From NCBI GenBank assembly GCA_965242635.1, contig OZ251471.1, positions 331,388 to 395,387 of the forward strand: a DNA stretch of 64,000 nucleotides, read 5' to 3'. The position numbers and the translations under genes are program-made. Numbering within the stretch: position 1 is the first letter of the stretch; every line of letters starts with the position of its first letter. This DNA comes from Bdellovibrionales bacterium. Lineage in GTDB: Bacteria; Bdellovibrionota; Bdellovibrionia; Bdellovibrionales; UBA1609. Under the pieces are notes generated by a model. The model saw only the letters and a program-made list of their open reading frames with translations, had not been told where the DNA came from and searched no databases. Shown piece after piece: positions 44,289 through 52,529 of this stretch.

Positions 44289-45347
44289 TTAAGGGGTTTC
44301 GGCCAGCAAATCCCGAAGGGCAGACACAATGTCTGTTGCCTGTGGCACAGTGGCCTGTTCCAGATTGGGATGAAGACCAATTCCGGGCAGGTTTTTGCCC
44401 GCCAGCACACGGGGAGGTGCGAATAGAGCATAAAAACATTCCTGAGTGGTTCTGTAAGCCAGGTGCTCTGCAAAGTTGGTGACCTCTGTATCTTCATTCA
44501 CAAAAAGAACCCTTTTGGTTTTTAAAATGGAGCTTTTGATGAGAGCCCAGTCATAAGGGTAAAGTGTCCTCATATCAATCAGTTCCACTTTTGCTTTTTC
44601 CTCCTCTTTCATTGCCTTTAAAGCTTTTTGACAAAGAAACAAAGACCGGCCAAAGCTGACCACTGTCACCTCTGGACCCTGTTGAATGATTTTTCCCTGG
44701 CCCAAGGGAATCTTATACTCTTTAAGCCGGGGCCACCGGGGCTTCCACTGGCTTCGATCCCCCAGGGGGGCGTCTATCATCTCCTTTAACTGGCTTTCTG
44801 TTTCCGGTTCACCGGGGATTTTTTCTTTTCCTTTAATCCTGAGCAGGGCCTTGGGTTTTAAATAAAGCACCGGGTTGGGGTCTTCGATGGCAGAGAGCAT
44901 AAGTCCATAAGCCGACAGGGGGTCAGAGGGCATGACTATTTTCCAGCCAGGGAGGCGGGTGGCCCAGGATTCAAAGCTGTGGCTATGGTAAATGGAGCCA
45001 TGGATGCCCGCACCGGTGGGGGTCATCAGCACAAAGGGCAGGGGAAATTGCCCATTGGAGGACCACAGGCAGTTTCCCGCCAGTTTCAGCAGGTCCATGG
45101 TGTTAAAAATATAGTCGGCAAACTGCACTTCTGCCACACATCGCTCCCCTGTCAGGGCGATCCCCATAGCTGTCCCCACAATGCCTCTTTCATCCAGGGG
45201 GCTGTTCCAGGTGGTTTTCAGGCCCTGGGTGACAGTAAACACCCCACCGAGGGGCGGTCCCACATCCTGGCCAAAGATATCTTTGACCTCGAGATGTTTT
45301 TCCCCATAGTGCAAAGCCATTCTGATAGCCTGTGCCATGTTAGCCAT
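44289..45347 (-). CDS. 2-oxoacid dehydrogenase E1 component, beta subunit
   Basis: Transketolase-like pyrimidine-binding and C-terminal domains (FGQDVG..GGVF, GIVGTAMGIAL, EVQFADYI). Confidence 0.85.
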   Translation of the reverse strand: MANMAQAIRMALHYGEKHLEVKDIFGQDVGPPLGGVFTVTQGLKTTWNSPLDERGIVGTAMGIALTGERCVAEVQFADYIFNTMDLLKLAGNCLWSSNGQFPLPFVLMTPTGAGIHGSIYHSHSFESWATRLPGWKIVMPSDPLSAYGLMLSAIEDPNPVLYLKPKALLRIKGKEKIPGEPETESQLKEMIDAPLGDRSQWKPRWPRLKEYKIPLGQGKIIQQGPEVTVVSFGRSLFLCQKALKAMKEEEKAKVELIDMRTLYPYDWALIKSSILKTKRVLFVNEDTEVTNFAEHLAYRTTQECFYALFAPPRVLAGKNLPGIGLHPNLEQATVPQATDIVSALRDLLAETP

Positions 45348-45489
45348 ATTGCCATTCCCTTATTGTTGATTTACACCACTCCCTCTTCATTATATCAAAG
45401 AAACTTGTATGGACACTCGTGTGAAGACCAAAGACAGAAAGGAACCTGTTAAGAACAAGACAGAAAAATCAGCTGACGGATTATCACAG

Positions 45490-45951
45490 TCAAAAGCCGT
45501 TTTTCAGCTTTTTAATCTCATCCTGAGACAAGCCTGTCACTTTGGCAATAAAATCTGTATCAGTTTTTGCCTGCAACATTTTTAAGGCTACTTTTTCCAT
45601 GCCCTTTTCCATGCCCTTTTCCATGCCCTTTTCCATGCCCTTTCGCACGCCTTCTTTCCGGCCTTCATCGTAAACTTCGTCTTTAAGTTGAGCTTTGAGC
45701 TCGTCTTTGAGGGATCGCTGATCCCGCTCATAGCGGTCAATCGACCACTCTCTCAACCTTGTCAAACGACTTGCAGGAACCCCATCAAACAAACCCACTG
45801 CTTTGGCCATGTCAGCCCCCTTTCCTGATAAAAGTTTCTTCTCCTCGCCGGTCATCTGACCCGCATTCTTTATAAAGTAACACCATTGGTCCTTTTTGTC
45901 AAGCACCTGACTTATATCCTTCTCAAAACAGCTCAAATCCACAAACACCAT
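45490..45951 (-). pseudogene. Rpn (YhgA-like) family nuclease, C-terminal remnant only
   Basis: EGRKEGVRKGMEKGMEKGMEKGMEKVALKMLQAKTDTDFIAKVTGLSQDEIKKLK. The nuclease domain is absent. An in-frame TGA lies 13 codons upstream of the ATG. Confidence 0.55.
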
Positions 45952-46208
45952 ACCCAGCTGATTGTAAAATTTTTTATGCTTTGCGTTATGATCTCCTCAA
46001 GTGGTTTTTGGACAAGTCCCTGAGAGCACCAAAACTTTCACTGACAACCACTTTATCACTCTTTCCACCTCATCCGGGCCAAAGCCATATTGGCTTGCAC
46101 TGAGTCCAAAGCCATGTAATAATCATACATGGGTCTTCTCGCAGAAAAGAGTCCTTGAGGGGACCTCTTTTTCCATTTATCACCTTAACAAAGGAAAAGT
46201 TAAGCAAG

Positions 46209-47066
46209 ATGAAAACTTCCGCTCGGACATCAAAACACACACCTTTTTACTCAGCAGAGTACTTCAAGCTTTACCAGGGTAATGCTTTGGCCCTTTTGAA
46301 AGAGATGAAGGCAAACTCTGTGGATATGATCTTTGCCGATCCTCCTTATAATCTTTCCAATGGGGGGTTTTCTGTGCGATCAGGAAAACGGGTGGATGTG
46401 CATAAAGGCCATTGGGACAAAAGTGCCGGGCCGTTGAAAGACTTTGATTTTCATCTCTCCTGGATTTCTGCCTGCCGGAGGGTGCTCAAGCCAGAAGGGA
46501 CAATATGGATCAGTGGGACTTATCACTCTATTTATCAATGTGGTTTTGCCTTGCAAAAAGAGAACTTCAGGATTTTAAATGATATTGCATGGCATAAGCC
46601 CAATGCTCCTCCCAACATCGGGTGCCGGTGTTTTTCTGCCAGCCATGAGAGTCTGATTTGGGCCTGCAAGGATAAAACAGCAAAACACACTTTTAACTAT
46701 ATAGATATGAAGCAAAATACATGGAAAGGGGACTTTATCAAGCAACCCGGAAAGCAGATGCGATCGGTTTGGGTCATTAACACAGCCAGCCCATCGGAGA
46801 AGAGAGCGGGTCGGCATCCCACACAAAAGCCTTTGGCCCTCCTGGACCGGATTATTCTGGCCAGCACAAAAGAGGGGGACCTGGTTTTGGATCCTTTTAC
46901 AGGAAGCTCCACCACGGGGATTTCTGCGTATCGTTTAAAGAGGTCTTTTATTGGAATGGACCTGGAGGCTGAGTTTTTGGAGCTTTCTGTCCAAAGATTC
47001 AAAGAACTTTTGAACCCACCACAAATGGAACTGACCTTCAACACACAACACAGCCCATCCATGTGA
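46209..47066 (+). CDS. beta-class DNA amino-methyltransferase (DPPY type)
   Basis: Motif IV DMIFADPPYNL is N-terminal. HPTQKPLALLDRII is present. Motif I LDPFTGSSTTG is C-terminal. SD AAGGAAAAG lies before the ATG at 46209. Confidence 0.85.
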   Translation: MKTSARTSKHTPFYSAEYFKLYQGNALALLKEMKANSVDMIFADPPYNLSNGGFSVRSGKRVDVHKGHWDKSAGPLKDFDFHLSWISACRRVLKPEGTIWISGTYHSIYQCGFALQKENFRILNDIAWHKPNAPPNIGCRCFSASHESLIWACKDKTAKHTFNYIDMKQNTWKGDFIKQPGKQMRSVWVINTASPSEKRAGRHPTQKPLALLDRIILASTKEGDLVLDPFTGSSTTGISAYRLKRSFIGMDLEAEFLELSVQRFKELLNPPQMELTFNTQHSPSM

Positions 47067-47144
47067 AAACACTATAAACATACAAGCCAAACAAAAAAGA
47101 TGAAATTTATGTAAAAAGGGACTTGAAATCCTGTTTTACATAAG

Positions 47145-47245
47145 CTATAATTGAGCTTTGCACAAATCCGCCCTTCGTAAATCCATCCTGCTCAAATTTG
47201 CTTCTCGCAAATCACGCTTTGAAGACCATTCTCTGCCTCAATATT
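47145..47245 (-). pseudogene. pentapeptide-repeat gene relic (no start codon)
   Basis: Four exact 15-bp periods at 47161-47220 translate on the minus strand as RDLRE ANLSR MDLRR ADLCK AQL*. The frame is closed by a TGA about 12 codons upstream. Confidence 0.35.
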
Positions 47246-47353
47246 AACGCTATATGTCAAAAAGACCCCCCATAAACGATCAAAAGGCAGGAAATCAGGA
47301 TTTTTTATTTTTTTACTCTTGACCATTATCACAATAAAGGATAGATACAAGCC

Positions 47354-48238
47354 ATGCAAACAACAGAACTTTGGAATGATAAAGTTGAAAACCAGTTTTT
47401 TCAACACCTTTTAACAAAAGGAAAGTCTTTATCACCAAAAAAGCTTTTTTATTTGATAAATGATAAGTACTTGGCTTATATTCCAAAAAATGTCCCCTCA
47501 CCAGGGTACACTTTACAAAGCAGAAATGCACTTATTGGACAGTGGACAGAACAATGGTGTCAACAATTGCTTTCTCCCATTGCCCGAAAATTTAACTTGC
47601 ATGCTGTGCCTAATGTAATATGCCAGGAAGCCGGATTATCCAAACAATCTCGTGCAGATATCGCTTTTTGTAAAAATAATAACCAGTATTAGAAGTGTAA
47701 AGACATAAAAATGATTTTTGAAATAAAAATGAGTATAATATCAAATCATGAATTTGATAAGAATACAAAAATTGTTAACCGGATAGGGGATTGGACAACT
47801 CATAAGGGCAATCCTTCTTTACTGAGATCTGATTCCATGTTAAAAGCCATAGGAAAATTAATCAGCATCAGGGTGACAAACCCAGGCACGAGGAATATTC
47901 CTTTGGTTGTATTGGGAAATTCACCTATTACGAAACACTATGAAAAAAAGGTTGATTCTCTAAAAAAATTGGGGGTTATACAGGGTTTTTTGTCACTTAA
48001 CCCTTCATTGCTGTATAAAAAAGGAGTCATTAAGAACACTCCAAAAAAAGGTTTTCAAACTATTGAAAATAAGAAAGCCCTGGAGAAGCTGTTTGGAAAA
48101 TTAATCTCTCCCCAAGCAGTATATTTTTCTGCAATGACTTTGAAAAGCAAGTTGGGGCAAATGATTTCTCAGTCAAATATGGAAAAAAGTATGGCAGAAA
48201 AAGCAGAAAAATTTTTAAACCTGATAGGAGAAGTTTGA
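47354..48238 (+). pseudogene. PD-(D/E)XK restriction endonuclease interrupted by one in-frame TAG (47690-47692)
   Basis: ORFs 47354..47692 and 47711..48238 share a frame. The sequence reads ...SRADIAFCKNNNQY*KCKDIKMIFEIKMS..., so the stop separates the D from the ExK. Confidence 0.65.
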
Positions 48239-49149
48239 TGAAAAAAACCAAAACACAAACTCAGTCTTTTGGGAGTTCAGGAAGGCAGGGGCATGACTCC
48301 TCCCTTTTTTATGGATCAAAACTATATAAAAGCCTGGACTTCAAAGAAGACAAAAAAAATAACAAAGAAAACTCCGTTCAAAAAGAGCTTGTTAACAAAA
48401 TTTTCTTAAAATCCTCAACAAAGATGTCTGAATTGCCGGATAACTCCATTCATTTAATGATAACATCCCCACCTTATAATGTTTCAAAAGATTATGACGA
48501 AAATTTGTCTTTGGAGGAGTACTTGAATTTTCTTAAAAAGGTTTTTTCAGAAACATACAGAGTGCTGGTCAGAGGAGGGAGAGCTTGTATCAATATTGCC
48601 AATATAGGGCGAAAACCCTATATCCCTCTTTCTGATTATATTTCCAAAATGATGATGGACACAGGTTTTTTAATGAGAGGGGAAATTATATGGAACAAGT
48701 CTGCCTCCTCAGGGACTTCCACAGCTTGGGGGAGCTGGTGTTCTCCGTCCAACCCCACTTTAAGAGATGTGCATGAATACATTTTAATCTTTTCAAAAGG
48801 GGCCTATAAAAGAGAACAAAAGAACAAAAAAATCACAATTCAAAAAGAACAGTTTATTGAATGGACAAAATCCATTTGGAATATGAAGACAGAGTCTGCC
48901 AAAAAAATAGGCCATCCTGCCCCATTCCCGGAAGAGTTGCCCTTTCGGCTTATGCAACTTTATTCTTTTGCAGGTGATATTGTTTTGGATCCTTTTATGG
49001 GAAGTGGCACCACGGCTGTTGTGGGATTAAAAACCGGCAGAAAATTTGTAGGCTACGAAATAAATGAAGATTATGTGACTACAGCCAATGAAAGAATACG
49101 CAACTTGCAAGCTCATTTTTGTCATTCTCATTCATTTTTACAACCTTGA
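48235..49149 (+). CDS. beta-class DNA amino-methyltransferase (SPPY type)
   Basis: HLMITSPPYNV, GHPAPFPEELP and LDPFMGSGTTAVVG. ATGA overlap with the endonuclease ORF end. Confidence 0.85.
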   Translation: MMKKTKTQTQSFGSSGRQGHDSSLFYGSKLYKSLDFKEDKKNNKENSVQKELVNKIFLKSSTKMSELPDNSIHLMITSPPYNVSKDYDENLSLEEYLNFLKKVFSETYRVLVRGGRACINIANIGRKPYIPLSDYISKMMMDTGFLMRGEIIWNKSASSGTSTAWGSWCSPSNPTLRDVHEYILIFSKGAYKREQKNKKITIQKEQFIEWTKSIWNMKTESAKKIGHPAPFPEELPFRLMQLYSFAGDIVLDPFMGSGTTAVVGLKTGRKFVGYEINEDYVTTANERIRNLQAHFCHSHSFLQP

Positions 49150-49156
49150 TTGATTA

Positions 49157-49287
49157 TATACCGATCTTGTTTGAAAATGCATGTTTCAAATTTCCCAGAC
49201 AGGAGGGAAACACCTCACAAGCGACACCTTTTTCAAAAGGCAGACCCCTCGGGGCAGGTTCTGCCTGCCCCGTGCCAGGTTGGTTTA
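49157..49287 (+). repeat. R1 element, full copy (subfamily b), containing the E1 alpha stop codon
   Basis: TATACCGATCTTGTTTGAAAATGCATGTTTCAAATTTCCCAGACAGGAGGGAAACACCTCACAAGCGACACCTTTTTCAAAAGGCAGACCCCTCGGGGCAGGTTCTGCCTGCCCCGTGCCAGGTTGGTTTAA. Confidence 0.9.
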
Positions 49288-50268
49288 AAATTTTCGCCAG
49301 TCGGCGTTCTCCCCTTCCGCATACACATGATCCCAAATGGACTTGGCGTCCGGATTTTCCTCCCCCTTCACCTCCTGCTGTATCTGCCGGGCCTCAGCCT
49401 CAAAAGAATCCCATGTCTCTTTTCGCTCTTTTTCTGTCAACAAGTTCTGTCTTTTTAGTTTTTTCTCCAGCAAAGCAATGCAACAAGGTTCCCCCTCAAC
49501 ATAATTGGCACCGGAAGCAGAGGAATGCCCATACAAACGGGACACACGGGCCTCCAGCAAAACAGGACGACGCTTATCCCGTACATAATGTATTTTCTCT
49601 TTCAAAGCATTGTAGACCGCCACAGGATCATTTCCGTCCAACAAAAGAGTGTCCATATTAAAGGCTTTTCCGCGATCAATAATATGGCTTTCCCCATGTT
49701 GCCCCTCATAAGAGGTGGAAATGCCATAGCCATTGTTTTGCACCGTGATAAGTATGGGTAAAGGCCGGGCCGGGCGGGAAGCCCATACAAGACAGGTGGC
49801 AAAATCCGCTTCTGCCGTGCCTGCATCACCCCCTGTGACCACAGTAATACCGTTTTTATGAGAACGGCTTTGTGCATGTGCTGTGCCCAAAGCTATACTG
49901 TATTGAGGGCCAATAACAGAGGTGACAGGAGCCACATTCCACTCAGGCACAGCATAATGGTTGGCAAAATTCCTGCCCCCGGTGTGCCTGTCTGTCTTTT
50001 TGTTCATCATCAAACGGATGGCTGACCGGATGGAAAGCCCCATCGCCATCAAAGTGGGTGTTCCACGATAATGCAAATGAAGAAAGTCATGCTTAAGGCC
50101 CTGCCCTTTTTTAATCAACAGGCCCAAAGGAACACCAAAAGCCTCTTCCCCAGGCCCCCCAATCCAGAAATGCCCCTGGCCCTGCTTGTAAATCTGAATA
50201 AGCCTCTCCTCTGTCACACGGGATTTCACCATAAGACGATATATCTTTAACAACAATTGTGGTTCCAT
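49285..50268 (-). CDS. 2-oxoacid dehydrogenase E1 component, alpha subunit (TPP-binding)
   Basis: TPP motif GGDAGTAEADFATCLVWA...ILITVQNNGYGIST. 327 aa. Confidence 0.85.
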   Translation of the reverse strand: MEPQLLLKIYRLMVKSRVTEERLIQIYKQGQGHFWIGGPGEEAFGVPLGLLIKKGQGLKHDFLHLHYRGTPTLMAMGLSIRSAIRLMMNKKTDRHTGGRNFANHYAVPEWNVAPVTSVIGPQYSIALGTAHAQSRSHKNGITVVTGGDAGTAEADFATCLVWASRPARPLPILITVQNNGYGISTSYEGQHGESHIIDRGKAFNMDTLLLDGNDPVAVYNALKEKIHYVRDKRRPVLLEARVSRLYGHSSASGANYVEGEPCCIALLEKKLKRQNLLTEKERKETWDSFEAEARQIQQEVKGEENPDAKSIWDHVYAEGENADWRKF

Positions 50269-50276
50269 TTATGTCT

Positions 50277-50350
50277 CCAAAAACAGCACCCTTGCCAAAA
50301 GCTGGAACCCGTGGGTCAGAGTCTGCCTGCACCCCAAGCCAGTTTGGTTT
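50277..50350 (+). repeat. R1 partial copy (right half) between the E1 alpha start and the protease stop
   Basis: CCAAAAACAGCACCCTTGCCAAAAGCTGGAACCCGTGGGTCAGAGTCTGCCTGCACCCCAAGCCAGTTTGGTTT. Confidence 0.75.
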
Positions 50351-52529
50351 ATTTTTCCATCTGGGCTATCCGGGTGCGGGACTCCCACTCCACCTGATCC
50401 AAAGCGATATTCATCGCTTCCTCAATATCCGCCCGCTGAGCCATGTATTTTTTTCTGGCCTTCCTCGTCCTGACCATTCTAATCCGCCGGCGGCTCTCCA
50501 CCTCTTTGGCCTTTTTTTCTGCCGTCTGTTCCTCTTTTTTGGCCTGATCAAATATTTCCGCTATAGTGGTGGCATAACCTGTTTGCCGTTTGTTTTTTAT
50601 TTCCATGATGTCTTTTCCGATCTCCTGAAATTTTTTATTCTCTTTAATTCTTTTCAGGGAGTTTTTTTTCAAAAAAGAGATTAACTGATCAGAAACCGGA
50701 TTCCATTTACGTCCTCTCTTTGATTTGTAAGCGGAAGAGGAGATAAAATTGGGAATTTTCCTTTCAGGTAAAAAATAATCCAGGTTTTTTTCCCCTATTT
50801 CCTCGTTGGAAAAAATATTGGGGAACACAATATCAGAAGCCACCCCTTTAAGTTGGGTGGAAAACCCATTGGGCACAAAAAACAAACCCACTGTAACACG
50901 AATGGATCCCAAGCCCATCCGCAAACGCTCCACAGACTGAATACTGCCCTTGCCAAAAGTATGATCCCCGCCCACAATCACCGCCCTCTTGTAAGATTTT
51001 AAAGTGCCGGACACAATTTCCGAAGCACTGGCACTCACCCGATTGATCAACACAACCAAAGGGCCTGAGTAGATAATTTTATCATCCACATCCGATAAAG
51101 TCAGATAGCGATCGCCGTTTTTGGTCTTTACCAACTGACGCACCACACTCCCCTTGGCAAAAAACAAACCCGCCACCCGGACCGCTTCAGTCAAAGAGCC
51201 ACCTCCATTGCTGGACATATCCAGCACCAAAGCAGACACCTTTTTCCTTCTGGCTTTGAGCAACAGTCTTTTGACATCTTTTGTGACTGATCGCCCGCCG
51301 GAACGTCGCCCCGCCCCATAAAAAGAGGGAACTGTCAACACAGCCACTTTATGTGTCCTGCCATTTCTTTTCTGATCAAAATAATATATATCCGCGGCCT
51401 GATCCTTCAAATGCACCCTGTCCCTGATAAGCCGGACAGTAAATATTTTGGTTTTTTTGGTTTTGCCTTTTTTGTTGGTTCGCATAATCTTCAAATAAAC
51501 CGGTGTGCCTTTCCTGCCTCGAATCATATTGACCACATCCCTTATATTCATATCAAAAATATTGATCATTTTTTTGGCTTTTTGGCCCACAGCCAGAATT
51601 TTATCCTTGGGCTTGATTTTACCGGAACGGTCCGCCGAACCACCGGGGACAAGCCTCTCGATCACTGTGTGTCCATACCGGGAGCTGAGGCTGGCCCCAA
51701 TGCCCTCCAGGGAAAGTCGCATGTTGATTTCAAAATCCTCATGGGCCTGTCTGGAAAGATAACCGGAATGAGGATCAAAACCCTTGGCAAAGCTGTTCAG
51801 ATAAAAAGTATACCATTTGTCCGGCTTGCATATCACAACATCACCAGAGGATTTTCTCTTGTTATAGCACTTCTTTTTTTCCTCTTCTGACAGATGAACA
51901 GACCAGCTTTTGACTTCTTTTTTTAACCGGCTGTAACTGCGCAAAATGTTTTGTTTGGCCTCCACCACCTGATCTTTGTATTGTTCTTTGTCGCTGGCTA
52001 TAACAGCATTGGCCATCTGATACTGAATGTATTTCTTGTGAAAATTGTTGATTTGACGCAAAGTCCTGCTTCTTTTTCTTTTCCGGGGATCCAGTGTGAT
52101 CCTGACCCCCGGCTCCAGGATAAAAGTTTCATTCAGGTAATCATGGGCGAATTTCACCCGCTCCAGCACTCTTTTATTGTATAAAGTGTAAATGCGGTTT
52201 AAATCAGAACAATTCTCCTCTTTTATTTTTTTGAAAATATTCTTCATTTGTTTTTTGATATTGTTGATGTCTGACTGGGTAAAATACAGCTTTTCTGAAT
52301 CCAGGGATTTGATAAACTGCTCTTTCACTCTCGTCTCCAATTTTGCCATTTTCTGCCTGAATGCCTTTTGTTTCTTTTTCTTTCTGTCAAAATTGGAAAA
52401 ACTGATATGCAAATCCAGATATTTGTCCTGAATGTCATGCAAATAAGAACACTTGAGATCCACCGCATGACCAAAAACAGGCAGGAGACAAACGGCAAAA
52501 AAGAAAACACAAACACGACAGAATTTCAT
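50349..52529 (-). CDS. S41 family C-terminal processing (tail-specific) protease
   Basis: Has a signal peptide, a PDZ region and a catalytic block VVLINRVSASASEIVSG...GGDHTFGKGSIQ. Confidence 0.85.
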   Translation of the reverse strand: MKFCRVCVFFFAVCLLPVFGHAVDLKCSYLHDIQDKYLDLHISFSNFDRKKKKQKAFRQKMAKLETRVKEQFIKSLDSEKLYFTQSDINNIKKQMKNIFKKIKEENCSDLNRIYTLYNKRVLERVKFAHDYLNETFILEPGVRITLDPRKRKRSRTLRQINNFHKKYIQYQMANAVIASDKEQYKDQVVEAKQNILRSYSRLKKEVKSWSVHLSEEEKKKCYNKRKSSGDVVICKPDKWYTFYLNSFAKGFDPHSGYLSRQAHEDFEINMRLSLEGIGASLSSRYGHTVIERLVPGGSADRSGKIKPKDKILAVGQKAKKMINIFDMNIRDVVNMIRGRKGTPVYLKIMRTNKKGKTKKTKIFTVRLIRDRVHLKDQAADIYYFDQKRNGRTHKVAVLTVPSFYGAGRRSGGRSVTKDVKRLLLKARRKKVSALVLDMSSNGGGSLTEAVRVAGLFFAKGSVVRQLVKTKNGDRYLTLSDVDDKIIYSGPLVVLINRVSASASEIVSGTLKSYKRAVIVGGDHTFGKGSIQSVERLRMGLGSIRVTVGLFFVPNGFSTQLKGVASDIVFPNIFSNEEIGEKNLDYFLPERKIPNFISSSAYKSKRGRKWNPVSDQLISFLKKNSLKRIKENKKFQEIGKDIMEIKNKRQTGYATTIAEIFDQAKKEEQTAEKKAKEVESRRRIRMVRTRKARKKYMAQRADIEEAMNIALDQVEWESRTRIAQMEK

